DNA of 64,000 nucleotides. Origin: Octopus vulgaris (taxonomy: Eukaryota). The DNA lies in assembly GCA_951406725.2 (NCBI GenBank), contig OX597831.1:28210001-28274000 (forward strand), written 5' to 3'. A model generated the notes under the pieces. It made no database searches. It was not told the DNA's origin and was given only the letters and a program-made list of their open reading frames with translations. The stretch's first letter is position 1, and each line of letters opens with the position of its first letter. Both the position numbers and the translations under genes were made by a program. Below are positions 38,915 to 52,049 of the stretch, piece by piece.

Positions 38915-40502
38915 CATCACAAAAAATACAATAAATAAAGCAATCCTCATTATTTTCTATTATTATTCAGCTGTGTGTATAGTTTATATTATACATACAT
39001 ATACAAATATATATATGTATACTCACACACACACACATATATATATGTAAAAATATGTATGTGTATGCTTGCATCCATGTACAACTAACTAACTAACATA
39101 AATATGTACATGCTTTTACTCTCACCCACATTAAAAATATATACTTTTATATATACTTTTACATACACACACACACACACAAACATCTTTATAATACTGA
39201 AATGCAAAGTCTGTTTATGTGTGTGTTCCATGATTTTAATGATGGCAGCACTTAGTAATTGATAAACCATTTTGATCAATGTGTTCTCCAACCTCCTCTG
39301 TCCTTTTGGCTAAAATAAGTTCAAGTATATTTCTAGGCCCTGGAATCCTTAAGACCAAAACATTTTGTGTTTTTATCGATATCCACTTAATAAAGTAAAT
39401 TTCAGCCAGTATCGAAATATATGCAGTTGATGAATGATATCACATCCACTCAATAACAGGCATAGACACATATCAATAGAGAAACAAAAGGATTTTTATA
39501 TGTATGTACGTTCACGTATATATGCTGAGCAGGTTCATTCCCACTGCGTGGCACCTTAAGCAAGTGTCTTCTACTATAGCCTCGGGCTGACCAAAGCCTT
39601 GTGAGTGGATTTGGTAGATGGAAACTGAAAGAAACCCATCGTATATATGTATATGTATATGTATGTGTGTCTGTGTTTGTCCCCCCACCATTGCTTGATG
39701 ACCGATGGTGGTGTGTTTACGTTCCCATAACTTAGCAGTTCGGCAAAAGAGACCGATAGAATAAGTACTAGGCTTGCAAAGAATAAGTCCTGGTGTTGAT
39801 TTGCTTGACTAAAGGCAGTGCTCCAGCATGGCCACAGTCAAATGACTGAAACAAGTAAAAGAGTGAAAGAGTATATGCTCAGAATTGTTGAAGCATGAAA
39901 TACACTCAATGGGTCAGTTGTTAACCACCTAGAACACTATAGTGGTGAGTCCTCTGGATTTTATTATCTTAAGTCCTAGGACTGTAGGGCCAGTTACTTG
40001 GTTTTTACAGTGTACAAGTGACTGAGATCACAATGTTGCCCTTAACGGAATACCAGTCCATTGCAAGGATACTTATTTATTGCCGAGTGAAATGCAGCAA
40101 TGTCAAAATGAAGTGTTTTGCTCAAGAGGACAACACACCACCCAGTCCAGGAATTGAAACCATGATCTTAGAATCGTGGAGCAACACTAACCACTATCCT
40201 ACATTCCCACACTAGAACACTATATTCATCCAAAATTCCCATTCTACATCACAATCTGGCAATGCTATTCTTGACCTGCCCATTCATGCATTTCCTCTTT
40301 CAAGCTCTTCTGTTTAATTAGTTGTCTTGGTGTGTGGTACTTTGTGTGGTACCCTGTATAAGTACCATGTTGTATTCTGCATGTATGTTCGATTATTGTT
40401 GCTGTCTTTCTACAATTATCTTATTGCTGCTTTCTGCCTCCACTTTTACTCTTTTCTGACATGAGCACTGAATATCATAAATTATAAATTTACCGTTATG
40501 TA

Positions 40503-40534
<32 letters not shown>

Positions 40535-40552
40535 TATATATATATCATAATA

Positions 40553-41421
40553 ATATTAGGAGTATAACTCCAAACTTACAGGGAAAAATTCAATTTAGTA
40601 TTAAATCAAATTTACAATATATATTTAAATTAGAGAAAAACTACTATTATGCAATTCAAACAATGATAGATGTAAAACATACCATATAGAAAAAATAAAA
40701 TATATTATAAAACATTTACCTAATTCACAATAAAGTACATAAAATAAACAGTATATAATCAATTATTAATTATATACTGTTTATTTTATGTACTTTATTG
40801 TGATTTAGGTAAATGTTTTATAATATACTAGCAGCATAGCTCGGCGTTGCCCGGGTATGTAAGAGCCCCTAGTAGGCAACGACTAATCCCAATCTAGTCC
40901 TTTCCCTCTAATTTCCTGCCAATTTGTGAAAGATATTGTCGAAAATATATCATCTTGAATTTGAACGCGATTTCCCAAAATGGCATGATTTTATTGATTT
41001 TTTCTGATGGTAAGGTATTGCATAGAAAACTAACGTTAGAATTAAGTTTCTTAGGGTAACATTAAGCTTCACCATGAGTTTGGTGAAAATCGATTGCAAG
41101 TTGCGAAAACTACAACAGAAAATGTGTTGCATATAAAAAGCTTAGATTCTCGACCCCATGTCGAATTTATCGATTTTTTTTCAGAACTGAGGAACTTTTC
41201 AAAATTTTCGCTGCATTAGTTTTGAATTATGACATTGGGCTATGTGTGTGTCAAGTTACATCAGAATTGGTTGAAAGCTGTGGTCAGGGTGAGGGTACAA
41301 CCTGACAGACACACAGACAGACAAACTGCCGTTTATATAGAGAGAGATTTTATTTTTTCTATATGGTATGTTTTACATCTATCATTGTTTGAATTGCATA
41401 ATAGTGGTTTTTCTCTAATTT
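40553..41421. repeat. AT-rich fold-back repeat (Penelope-like by inference) hosting the Helitron
   Basis: Arm 40625-40759 is the reverse complement of 40769-40827 plus 41348-41421. Its left end recurs at 12672-12772. Confidence 0.7.
40828..41347 (-). mobile_element. Non-autonomous Helitron
   Basis: Minus strand begins TCTCTCTCTATATAAA, carries a (CTGT)n tract, and ends with a CCCGG-GCAACG-CCGAG hairpin then CTAG. Inserted between A and T with no TSD. Confidence 0.88.
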
Positions 41422-41685
41422 ATCTATTATATATATATATAAGCAAATAATAAAAGATGGATAGTGGTTCACTCCTTACAGCTTTTTCAGAATTGTTTTT
41501 GATTGATGATTAGATTTATTACATCATGCAAAAAAAAAACAACTTATTTTCATCAGGCGAATATATGTATAAATTAAATATTTAAAAAAATAATGCATTC
41601 TATGAATCCAAGTATATGTCATTTCATGACTCTTTGGTGAACATGCATACATATCATGCATACACATACATACATAGATACACGT

Positions 41686-41757
<72 letters not shown>

Positions 41758-42075
41758 ACACAGATCTCATTTAAATCTGTAATGGCATTTTGATTTCCAC
41801 TTTTCAATTTTTCTCCTAATGAGATGGGTAACCCATCACATTTAAACGAATTTATTATGCATCTTAATTGCATAATCATATAAATGTTGCTGGGTTTATT
41901 TCATTGAAACAATTATCGAAAACAAATTATAAAAATATGTGAAATTTATGATTTTCTATGGTTCAATATTCTAAATCGTGTGTATGTTTATGTATATATT
42001 TATGTATGTATATATGTATGCATATGTACATGTATCTGTGTGTATGTACATGTGTAGCATGTGTGCTTATGTATG

Positions 42076-42298
42076 TATTGGGTCTTCCCATAAATAATGC
42101 AAATTTTTTTTATACTTCTTTTATTTTTCAGAATTAAGATAAACTAAGTTCTGTTTTTAATCTAAAATATACACTCCTTCATTTTCTATAATACTCTTCC
42201 CTCTATCTGGTAGTCTTGTAAGGCCCCTTTTCCAAAATTCACTTGTCCGTGACGAAAAATACTCCTCCAGTTCTGTTCTGACCTCGTCTACAAGACTC
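42076..42298 (-). mobile_element. Mariner 3' end fragment
   Basis: Minus strand EYFSSRTSEFWKRGLTRLPDRGKSIIENEGVY, with TA plus ttgggtcttcccataa TIR-like end. Confidence 0.7.
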
Positions 42299-42839
42299 AA
42301 ATATATATATGTATATACATTTGTGTGTTTATATATATATATATATATATGTGTGTGTACATATATGTAGTCTATGTGTTTATGTGTGTGTACATATATG
42401 TAGTTTATGTGTTTATGTGTGTGTACATATATGTAGTCTATGTGTTTATATGTGTCTGTATAATGTGTATATGTATGTATATATGTGTATTAATATATAC
42501 ATATATGAATATATATGTATGTATATGTATGTATATATATGTATACATATATATGTATGCATGTGTGTGTATATGCAAGTGTGTGTCATTGGATATATTT
42601 TATTTTGTTAATGGCATTGAAATGATTCAACAGGTAGAATTGAATCCTTCTATTTCATTCAGTTTTGTCATTCCTTCCCTTCTCATCCCTTTCCCAGTTT
42701 TTCCTTTCTTCTTTCTGGATGAATCATTGAAAACTTTTCTATTTTTTCCTTGAAGCGTGAAACTAAAAGTAATGCCTTCTAAGTCTACTTTCTCATCCAT
42801 GTTTTGTCATTTTCTTTTTACCATTTATAAATGTATGTG

Positions 42840-42880
<41 letters not shown>

Positions 42881-43433
42881 GTGTGTATGTATGTATGTAC
42901 ATATACAAATATATGTCATCTTTATTGTTTAATGTCAACTTTTCCAAGCTTGCCTGAACTGGAAATAATTTGTTGTGGTATGTTTTCCACAGCAGGATGC
43001 CTTTCCTGTTGGCAATCCTCGTCTCTTTCCAGGCAAAATAATATTTCCACATGACCAGACATGCCTTAGAAAATTCCAAAACAAAGAACTCTAGTTACAT
43101 GATGGTGACGCTACCCTACATCTGTCACATGATGCCAAGGGAAGGTCACACTAACACACACACATGCACAAAAAATATGCATATGTACGTACATACAATA
43201 GGATTGTTTGTGTTCCAGTCTGCCAAATGCACTCAGAAGGTTTTGATTGCCAGGTGACGTACAGTGGAACTGAAACTGAAACCTTATGACTTGGAAGCAA
43301 ACTTCTTACCATGCAACCATGATGTATATGTATATATGTACATATATGTGTGTATATATTTGCATACCAAAGTTCTTCAAAATTATGAAAATATTACTAT
43401 AAAAATAATAAGGGTAGAAAATTTATATATAGT

Positions 43434-43757
43434 GAAGGCGCATGGCTTAGTGGTTAGAGGCATTCGGCTCATGATTGTAAGGTCGTGAGTTCAATTCCAA
43501 GCTGCGCACTGTGTCCTTGAGCATGACACTTTATTTCACGTTGCTCCAGTCCACTCAGTTGGGAAAAGTGAGTAGTACCGGTATTTCAAACGGCCAGCCT
43601 TGTCACACTGTGTATCAGGCCGAATCTCCCCGAGAACTACATTAAGGGTACACGCGTCTGTGGAGTGCTCAGCCACTTGCATGTTAATTTCACGAGCAAG
43701 CTGTTCTGTTGATCGTATCAGCTGGGACCCTCATCGTCACAACTGACGGAGTGCTCC
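43434..43757 (+). mobile_element. tRNA-derived SINE (family D head, different body)
   Basis: ggcgcatggcttagtggttag A box, gagttcaattcc B box, gtgtccttgagca core. Confidence 0.75.
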
Positions 43758-44749
43758 TATACACACACATATATAATGTAACTATCTGTATAAATATATG
43801 TGTGTATGTTTATGTATGTGCATGCAGGTATATGTATATAAATGTATATATACACACGTGTGCATGCACACACACACACACAGAGTGAGTGATAGAGAGA
43901 AGTAAATATCAGATGGTTTAGTAGTCATAAGCAGTGTTCCAGTTGGACAGATGTTTGTTCAGAAGGCCAAACCAGTCAGTCATGCAGTCATGAATAAAGC
44001 AGTCATGAATAAAGCCTGTTGTTTCATGTTTGTTAGTCAGGCTGAGTTGTGGAAGCAGAGTTATGTACCTTTCTGAGTCAGCAGTACAAGACATTGGCTA
44101 AAATATCATATTTTCTGGCTTACAAGTCAATGTATCATATAGTATAGAGACACGTAGTTTAAACCATTCAAACATCATCACTGTCTTTCCAAATCTTGCT
44201 CCATTTCACATGGAATTTTCAATCCTCCATAATCGTCTTGATGTATAAGTCAACCTAACTTTTTTTGCTGTAAATTTTGTTCTGAAAAATTCTACTTGTA
44301 TGATGGAAAAACAGTAATAAAGTTTGGACTCTTGGCAGTGTGGATGGTTTGTTCCTCAGTTTTTATCTCACAACTTCTCTGCTTCTTTGAATGTGTATCG
44401 AAGTGTGCATGTGTGTGTGTGTGTGTGTATATATATGTATTTGATGTTGCATATATATTAATTTTAGGTTCCTTTTTTCTTTTAAATGTGACCCCTAGCT
44501 ATATATACAATAATCTATTACTGAAATACCTGAACCTCTTTTTCCCATTTGATAAACATACTTTAAATTTACTTTTTTTTGTTTTGATGTTGCATATATT
44601 TTAATTTCATTTCCCTTGTTTTTTTTTAAATGTGACCCCCAGATATACATTTACAATCATCTACAATTGAAATTGAGCCTGAACTTCCTTTTTCCCATTT
44701 TATAGACATATTTTAAATTTATTCTTTTCTCTTTTCTTTTCCATTCCAG

Positions 44750-45788
44750 AACCAACCTGTCCAGTTCCAGAAAACCTACAAGACATTGAAAGCACCTCGG
44801 CGATCACAGACCATAAATTCCTTTGATCACCTCAATTCAATAGAAGATGGTGCTTCCGATACGGATGATCTGTCTGATATTTCAAGATCCCAGCCATCAA
44901 TTGTTGTTTCCATAGATACCTCAGGGGCCAGCTTTGAACGAATGTGTTTGTATCGCCGATCACTTCGAGATTCCATAAACGAAAACTCATCAGTTTGTAC
45001 ACGAAGGCGTTCTATTTCTGGTCTCCCAGAAAGCATCATGAACGAAATCAAAAACTTCGAAGCCCGAAAGAGAAACTCTAGAAGGTTCTCTTCCGTACCT
45101 CGTCGGTATCCTAGAACGTACAGTTTTAACGATCTCGATCCGATTCATTCCAAGGATGAAGCCTTTGCCAAGTATTTTGAAGAAATTGAAGGCAAATTGG
45201 ATGAGAGAAATGAGTGGGACAACATGATGAAGCAGTCATTTCTCTCCAAGATCATCTCTTGCAGTAAATCGCAGTCATCACCGCATCATCAAAAATCTAA
45301 ATTCCAAAAACTCTCAAGGACCAATTCAAACACTCGTAAAGGCACTTCTGAAGATTTTGACATGAAGAGTTTAGTCCAGACCAATTCTGATCACGTGAAA
45401 CAAAGCCGAAGAAAGTCTAGTTTCATTGGGGAAAGAATAAAAAGTTTCATGAAAATTGGTGGAAAACCCGATCGGAAATCCCTTGACCTCGATTTCCTTA
45501 AGATTCCAGATGGTTATTACAACAGCCTGGAAGATGCTAAGTTGTCATTATTGTCTAAAACAACCAGTATGCCGGAAAGAATCTGTGAATCAGCCCCTGA
45601 AGCCCCGAAAACTGTTGAAGAAGATTCCTCATCATGCCAGTTCTATAATTTTGCTAACAACACCTTGCCCAGAGCTCAGGCAAAGAAATATGACTTCCCC
45701 TGGGAGAGTCTGCCAAAAGACTGGACCACCTCAGTACGACTGAGAGAAATATCCAAACGAAGAAAGGAAGAAAGACAATCTTCGTCAG
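44750..45788 (+). CDS. gukh: NHS-like/GUK-holder family gene, large coding exon
   Basis: Long pyrimidine tract plus ttccag acceptor (44749), phase 0, matching the previous donor. 1039-nt open frame with CAG|gtgagt donor in phase 1. NHS-family-like motifs IVVSIDTSGASFERMCLYRRSL, RRRSISGLPESIMNEI and terminal RQSSSG. Confidence 0.92.
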
Positions 45789-47333
45789 GTGAGTTGGAAT
45801 TTTAAATTAAAAAAAAAGAAAAAATTGTACTGATTTTGTTGCTATTTTGTACTGTTGTTGTTCTTTATTCTCAGATGTCATAGAACTAGGGTGGAAGTCT
45901 TTAGGAGGTGTGCTTAGGTCTATGGTAGACTAGTTTCATTTCCAGAATGTTGGAGTATTTTATTTCTGTTTCATCCATTTCAAGGCTCAGGAACGTCTCC
46001 CAAAACTGGTCTTTCTGACTGAGCAGACCTATTAACCAAAGATGTTATAACTATGACCACCCATTTTTTTCATTATACATAAAGGATCACATTCTCTAGT
46101 GAATTCTTTAATCGCTATTGAGATTTGGCTGCTATTTCTTGTCAGTTAAGTGACAAAATAGAGGCTCTTCCATTGTTTTCCATAGAGTTGACATGGCCTG
46201 GCAGAGTCTGTCTGACACCAAGTCATAGACCAGGAGTTCAATTCCACTGTAGGTATACTGTAATATTTCTGCATATCACCACAGTTTACTGGATTGTTTG
46301 GGAGTGTTACTTACAATGGACTAGTGTTGTATCCAGGTAGAGACTTATCTCTCTTCTTCTCTGCTGTATATTTTGACCAAACACTTAAGTCTTCATTGCT
46401 ATGGCTTACCTAACTTATCATGATAAATACATACTCTTTGACTTGTTTCAGTCATTTGACTGTGGCTATACTGGAGCACTGCCTTTAGTCAAGCAAATTG
46501 ATCTCAGGACTTATTCTTTGTAAGCCTAGTACTTATCCTATCGGTCTCTTTTGCCAAACCGCTAATTTACGGGGACGTAAACACACCAGCATCAGTTGTC
46601 AAGCGATGTTGGGGGACAAACACAAACACATAAACATACACACACACATATATATATATATATATACATATATACGACTGGCTTCTAAATCCACTCACAA
46701 GGCTTTGGTCAGCCTGAGGCTATAGTAGAAGACACTTGCTCAAAGTGCCAAGAGTGGGACTGAACCCGGAACCATGTGGTTCGTAAGTAAGCTACTTACC
46801 ACACAGACACTCCTACATACCAACAGATGATCCAAGTAACATTTATGTCATGGACTGTCATCTTATCCAGGTGGAGTGTTGTCTCTAATTTTTTTATCTT
46901 TTACTTGTTTCGGTCATTAGACTGTGGCCATGCTGGAGCACTGTTTTGAAGAACTTTTAGTGGAATGGATCAACTCCAGTACTAATTTTTTTACATCAGA
47001 ATCTTTTGCCAAACTGCTAAGTTATGGAGATGTAAACACCCCAACACCAGTTGTCATGTGATGGTGGGGGGACAAACACACATATATGATATATGATGGG
47101 CTTCTTTCAGTTTCCATGTACCAAATCCACTCACATAGCTTTGGTTGACTTGAGGCTATAGTAGAAGACACTTGCCCTAGGTGTCAGGCAGTGACACTGA
47201 ACCTGGAACCAAACTTCTTACCACACAGCCACACCTGAACCTATGTTTAATACCATAAACCCAAAGATAATCATCAACCTCTTACAAGTCCTTCAGAATT
47301 AGAATTTAGGGTCATGTCTGAGATAGAATATTT

Positions 47334-47562
47334 TTAACCCTTTCGTTACTGTATTTATTTTGAGATATTCTGTGTTTCTCTCAATTATTTTAGATATAAC
47401 AAAGAATTTAGTAAAATAACTTAATTATCATTAAGCTAGTGTTAGGAACATTAATTGTGACTAAGGTTTGGTGGGAGATTCTAATTCAAAACTTATGAAA
47501 ACAAGACATTTGTACTACAGAGCCAGAGCTGGTTTCGGCTGGGTTGGTAATGGAAGGGTTAA
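47334..47562. mobile_element. TTAA-flanked (piggyBac-like) MITE
   Basis: ttaaccctttcgttac...gtaatggaagggttaa. Reverse complement of 28170-28397. Confidence 0.78.
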
Positions 47563-48371
47563 ATTCCTTAATGAGGTTTTGTGTTGTTCAGAATTGTAAT
47601 CTGGCCAAATCTACTTCTCTCTCCCTTTAATGAAATGTTATAAAGTGTAGCTAATCTGTTTGTTTCCAGAGTACAAGGATCCATATGAACTAACACTCTA
47701 CTCCCACTCTCTGGAGTGAGACACAAATCTCTCATCCTTTAATCTTTCACCTAAACCTCTACTGGCCAGGTAACACTCTATATTCCAACGTCTTTCTAAA
47801 AGGTGTTGTCTTTGCATTTTTGTGCCATCTGTTTCCATCCATGCCACTCACCTCTCTCACATGGATATCGACATTTACTGTCTCTTCCCCTCAAAGTCTT
47901 TCTTCATGCTATGTCTGTCTGTCTGTCTGCCTCCCTCTAAAGTCCTCTAACCATCACCACCACCACCATCACCACTAGTTCCTTGTCTTTTGTCCTTAAA
48001 GACATCAACCCTACTTCACCTTTATCTCAGTCACCCTCTTCTTCCTCTGTTTCAAAGTCCGTCCTCATTCTTGTAAGTCTGTCTGTGTGTCTCTCTCCTC
48101 CTCCCTAAGCTCCTCCAACCACCACCACCACCACCGCCGCCACCATCACCAGTTATTTGATTCTTGCTGACTTCAAGATAAAGATAAAAACTTCTAAATT
48201 TACTTCACATCAAAGTCTAACTTTCCTTTGCCTCTGAGTTCACCTGTTTATTTCTGTTCCTCCCTGCTAAACTCATCCAATCACCAGTTTAATCCCTTTT
48301 GACTATATCTATAACTAGATATCTATATCTACAAATCTATCTGTCTGTCTCTCATTTTCCCTCTTTCTCTT

Positions 48372-48435
<64 letters not shown>

Positions 48436-49219
48436 TATATATATATACACACACATATATATATATATAGACATATTCTGACTCAAATATAACTAAACAC
48501 TATTTTCATTTACTCTACATCACAGTTCATCTTTATCACATCTTTTACATTCCCATATATGTCCATCTATTTCTCTCAAAAATACTCCACCAACAATCTC
48601 CACCACTACTGTCACCATCACCATCGCCTACCACCTGTTGTTTAACCATTTCTCATCCTTCATCTTTCTCTCAACTCTTCCTCTTCAGTAACTCCAATGC
48701 ACACAACTCCTTTTCAATTATACCCCACCTTCACACCCTTTCTGGTACCCTTCCCACACAAATACTGCTGAGATGCAAGTTAATATCCTGCTACCATTAA
48801 TTGTCCTTCACCTTCTCTCACTGGTTCTGTCTGTCTGTCTGTCTCTATCACACACACACACACACACACACTTTCTGTGTTCCTCACCACAAACCCAATC
48901 CCTTATCTAGTCATCCCTACCTCTATCCTCATTAGATTTTCTGATGTCTCCCTAATCAAAACAAATACCATCACAGACCACCAACTGTACCCCATTACAC
49001 TAACTGTACCCCGTCCAATTCAAAATGTCTTGCATTTTCATCAGAATCTTCTGGGTCTTAGCTTCTTTATAGTCTTGAGTTCAATCCCTGTTGTGGTCAG
49101 TTTGACCTTCATTCATACAGTGGTCAGCAAGTTCTGCTCATGTATCAGCACCAGTTTGATTAAATGTACTCCTCACCAAAATTTCTCGCTTTGTCTTTTG
49201 TTAATGTAAGAAACATTAG

Positions 49220-49665
49220 TGGCGAGCTGGCAGAATCGTTAGCACGCCAGGTGAAATGCTTAGCGGTATTTCGTCTGCCGCTACGTTCTGAGTTCAAATT
49301 CCGCCGAGGTCGACTTTGCCTTTCATCCTTTCGGGGTTGATTAAATAAGTACCAGTTAGGTACTGGGGGCGATATAATCGACTTAATCCGTTTCTCTGTC
49401 CTTGTTTGTCTCCTCTGTGTTTAGCCCCTTGTGGGCAATAAAGAAATAAGAAACGTTAGCACGCCGGGCGAAATGCTTAGCAGTATTTCGTATCTTTACG
49501 TTCTGAGTTCAAATTCCGCCGAGGTTGACTTTGCCTTTCATCCTTTTGGGGTCGATAAATTAAGTACCAGTTGCATGCTGGGGTCGATGTAATCGACTTA
49601 ATTCATTTGTCTGTCCTTGTTTGTCCCCTCTGTGTGTAGCCCCTTGTGGGCAGTAAAGAAATAAG
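49220..49665 (+). mobile_element. Tandem dimer of SINE family A
   Basis: Full copy at 49220-49447 directly followed by a second copy starting agaaacgttagcacg. CpGs retained. Confidence 0.88.
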
Positions 49666-50130
49666 AAACCCCTCTAACCCTTTCTGCATTCAGATTTCTC
49701 TGTCAAATGTAATCCTTATTTATTCACATTGTTTTGAATTAATCATGCATTATCTCAGATTTGAGATTTTGGTGATGTCATTGTTTACTTTTAGAATGAC
49801 GTTGTAAGGTAGGTGTGAGAAGCCAGATCTGGTTGGTTCAAATGTAAAACATGTAGAATATTTGGGCCAGATATCTTTTATCTCTTATCTTTCACTTGTT
49901 TTAGCCATTAGACTGTGGCCATGCTGGGGCACTGACTTGGGGAATTTTTAGTTGGATAAATTGAACTTGATACTTATTTAATTTTTTTTAAAGACTAGTA
50001 CTTATGTCAGTCTCTTTTGCCGAACCACTAAGTTATGGGGACGTAAGGGATGTTAAGACACCAACACCAGTTGTCAAGTTGTGATGGGGGACAAACACAG
50101 ACACAAAGACACAAACACACACACACACAT

Positions 50131-50165
<35 letters not shown>

Positions 50166-50617
50166 CACTACAGGCTTCTTTCAGTTTCCATCTACCAAAT
50201 CCACTCACAAGGCTTTGGTCAGCCTGAGGCCATAGTAAGTCCCACACAGTGGGACTGAACCCAGAATCATGTAATTGGGAAGCAAACCTCTTGCTCTAAA
50301 TGACATAAAGAGAGTAAACATACTTGTTTAATGTGCCAGTGTCTATAAGTTATGGAGTTACATTGGAAAAGTTGTTAAAGAATATTGGATGGAATTTGTT
50401 CTTGGTTGTATCCATTATGAGTAGCATCATGCTACTATTCTTTCATCCGGCAGAGCAGGCAGAACCGTTAGCATGCTGGACAACATGCTTCTCAATATTG
50501 TTGTCTGTCTTTACATTCTACTGTGATTGACTTTGCCTTTAATCCTTTTGGGGGTCGATAAAATAATTACTGGAGTTAATGTAATTGATTTACCACAATT
50601 TGAAACCAATATTATTA

Positions 50618-50687
<70 letters not shown>

Positions 50688-50704
50688 TTTTTTTTCTTCT
50701 TCTT

Positions 50705-51140
50705 TCAAATTTTCTTCCATTTCTTGCCGAGTGTCTTCCCGACTCCTAGGGCAAAGAAACTCATAGTGTATATTGGTAGGCCATTAAACCAAACTCAGTA
50801 GTTCGTTCATTTTAAAAAATTTTTTTTTTAAAGTTAAATTAAAATGCATGAGCAGCAACAGTTCTCACATCGACAATGCTCTTCTCAATACGTGTGATGT
50901 ACCAGTTAAGACAATCTTTTGCACTTCTTGCAGGGATGGTAAGCCAGGGATCATTCTCATATAATTTTCGGTTCCCTTCTTGATCATTCCTAGTGCTCCT
51001 ACGATCACTGGTATTGTAACCGCCTTGAGATGCCACATTTTCTCAATTTCAATGAGTAGGTCTTTATATTTTCTGAGCTTGTCAAACTCTTTCGCTGAGA
51101 TATTATGATCACAGGGGATGCTCATGTCGATCAATAAGCG
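50705..51140 (-). mobile_element. R4/Dong-clade LINE 3' end with 3' UTR
   Basis: LIDMSIPCDHNISAKEFDKLRKYKDL...IPVIVGALG...VQKIVLTGTSHVLRRALSM. The UTR matches 35575-35665 and 36690-36780. Adjacent to a long (ATT)n. Confidence 0.85.
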
Positions 51141-51174
51141 GCGGCGATGTACTTGCATATGTTGAATCAAAAGC

Positions 51175-51438
51175 AATTGTAGTATGGAGGATGTTTGTAA
51201 GCCATTTAAGAACATACAAAAGCTGTTAATTTCATTTCACCATTTAAATTTAATTTGTGTTGTAATATTCAAAATATTTTCATTGACTTGAAACCGCGAC
51301 CAAAGTTTTGTCTGTGAACAGGTTGCAGTTTCAAAGCGACGAAAATATTTTGACACAAATTAAATTTAAATGCTAAAGTGAAACAAATGGTTTTTGTGTG
51401 TTCTTAAATGGCTTACAAACATCTTCCATGCTGCAATT
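51175..51438. repeat. Fold-back palindrome, about 260 bp
   Basis: aattgtagtatggaggatgtttgtaagccatttaagaac... pairs with ...gttcttaaatggcttacaaacatcttccatgctgcaatt. Short central loop near 51300-51320. Confidence 0.85.
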
Positions 51439-51440
51439 AT

Positions 51441-51995
51441 TCCATAGTGAAGATTGCCCCGCCGACCTCCTTTAACCAGGAGGGCAAGGCAATTTTCCTT
51501 TGTCTAGTGGCTGTAGCGAAAGAGGTGGTATGGTGAACCCGTTTGAAAGGGCTAAAGTCAGACACTTTCCTCTTTGGCCAAGGCCTCATCAACTTTTTCA
51601 AGTTCCACTTGAAAAAGATGAGAGTAGAGAGGGAAGTGCTGTCTCACAGCAAATATATTGAAAGGTGGGTGAATGTCAGGGAAAATGGCCAGTATGAACA
51701 GACCAATTCTGAGATTACAGCTGTAAAAAAAAAACAGGTAATATAAAAGGAGAGGGAGCTCTCTACCCCTTTTGACCAGGCTCCTGTGGTTTTTATGGGT
51801 TTTTTCCATGAGTAACTTTTCGAAGCGCCTCCTCCTATTGGGAGTTTTATTTGATATATTTTTTGTTGTTATTTGAATGTTTACACGGACCTTTCTTTTT
51901 CGCAAAACATTTTGTACTTTTCGTCCTGTGTTTGTCCTTACATGGTTTTTGATTTATGTTAGCCCTTGTGGCCAATAAACCAGAATTAATTATTA
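51441..51995 (+). mobile_element. Tx1/L1-like LINE 3' fragment (ORF2 C-terminus and 3' UTR)
   Basis: CLVAVAKEVVW*TRLKG...LINFFKFHLKK...YIERWV resembles Tx1/L1 ORF2 ends (AKxxIWxxR...ERW). T-rich UTR ends agcccttgtggccaataaa plus an (att) tail. Confidence 0.6.
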
Positions 51996-52049
51996 TTCTT
52001 TGGTTATTGTTATAATTTGATTATACTTAATTATTCTCTTTGTTTGCAG

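Noticed and set aside
45789-45805. ORF-track C-terminus GELEF* as the true protein end
   Set aside because: A strong donor at 45789 and the in-phase next exon completing SSSGNWS show this is read-through into the intron.
51974-51979. AATAAA as the gene's poly(A) signal
   Set aside because: It belongs to the LINE 3' end and lies upstream of a conserved coding exon. No evidence of use.
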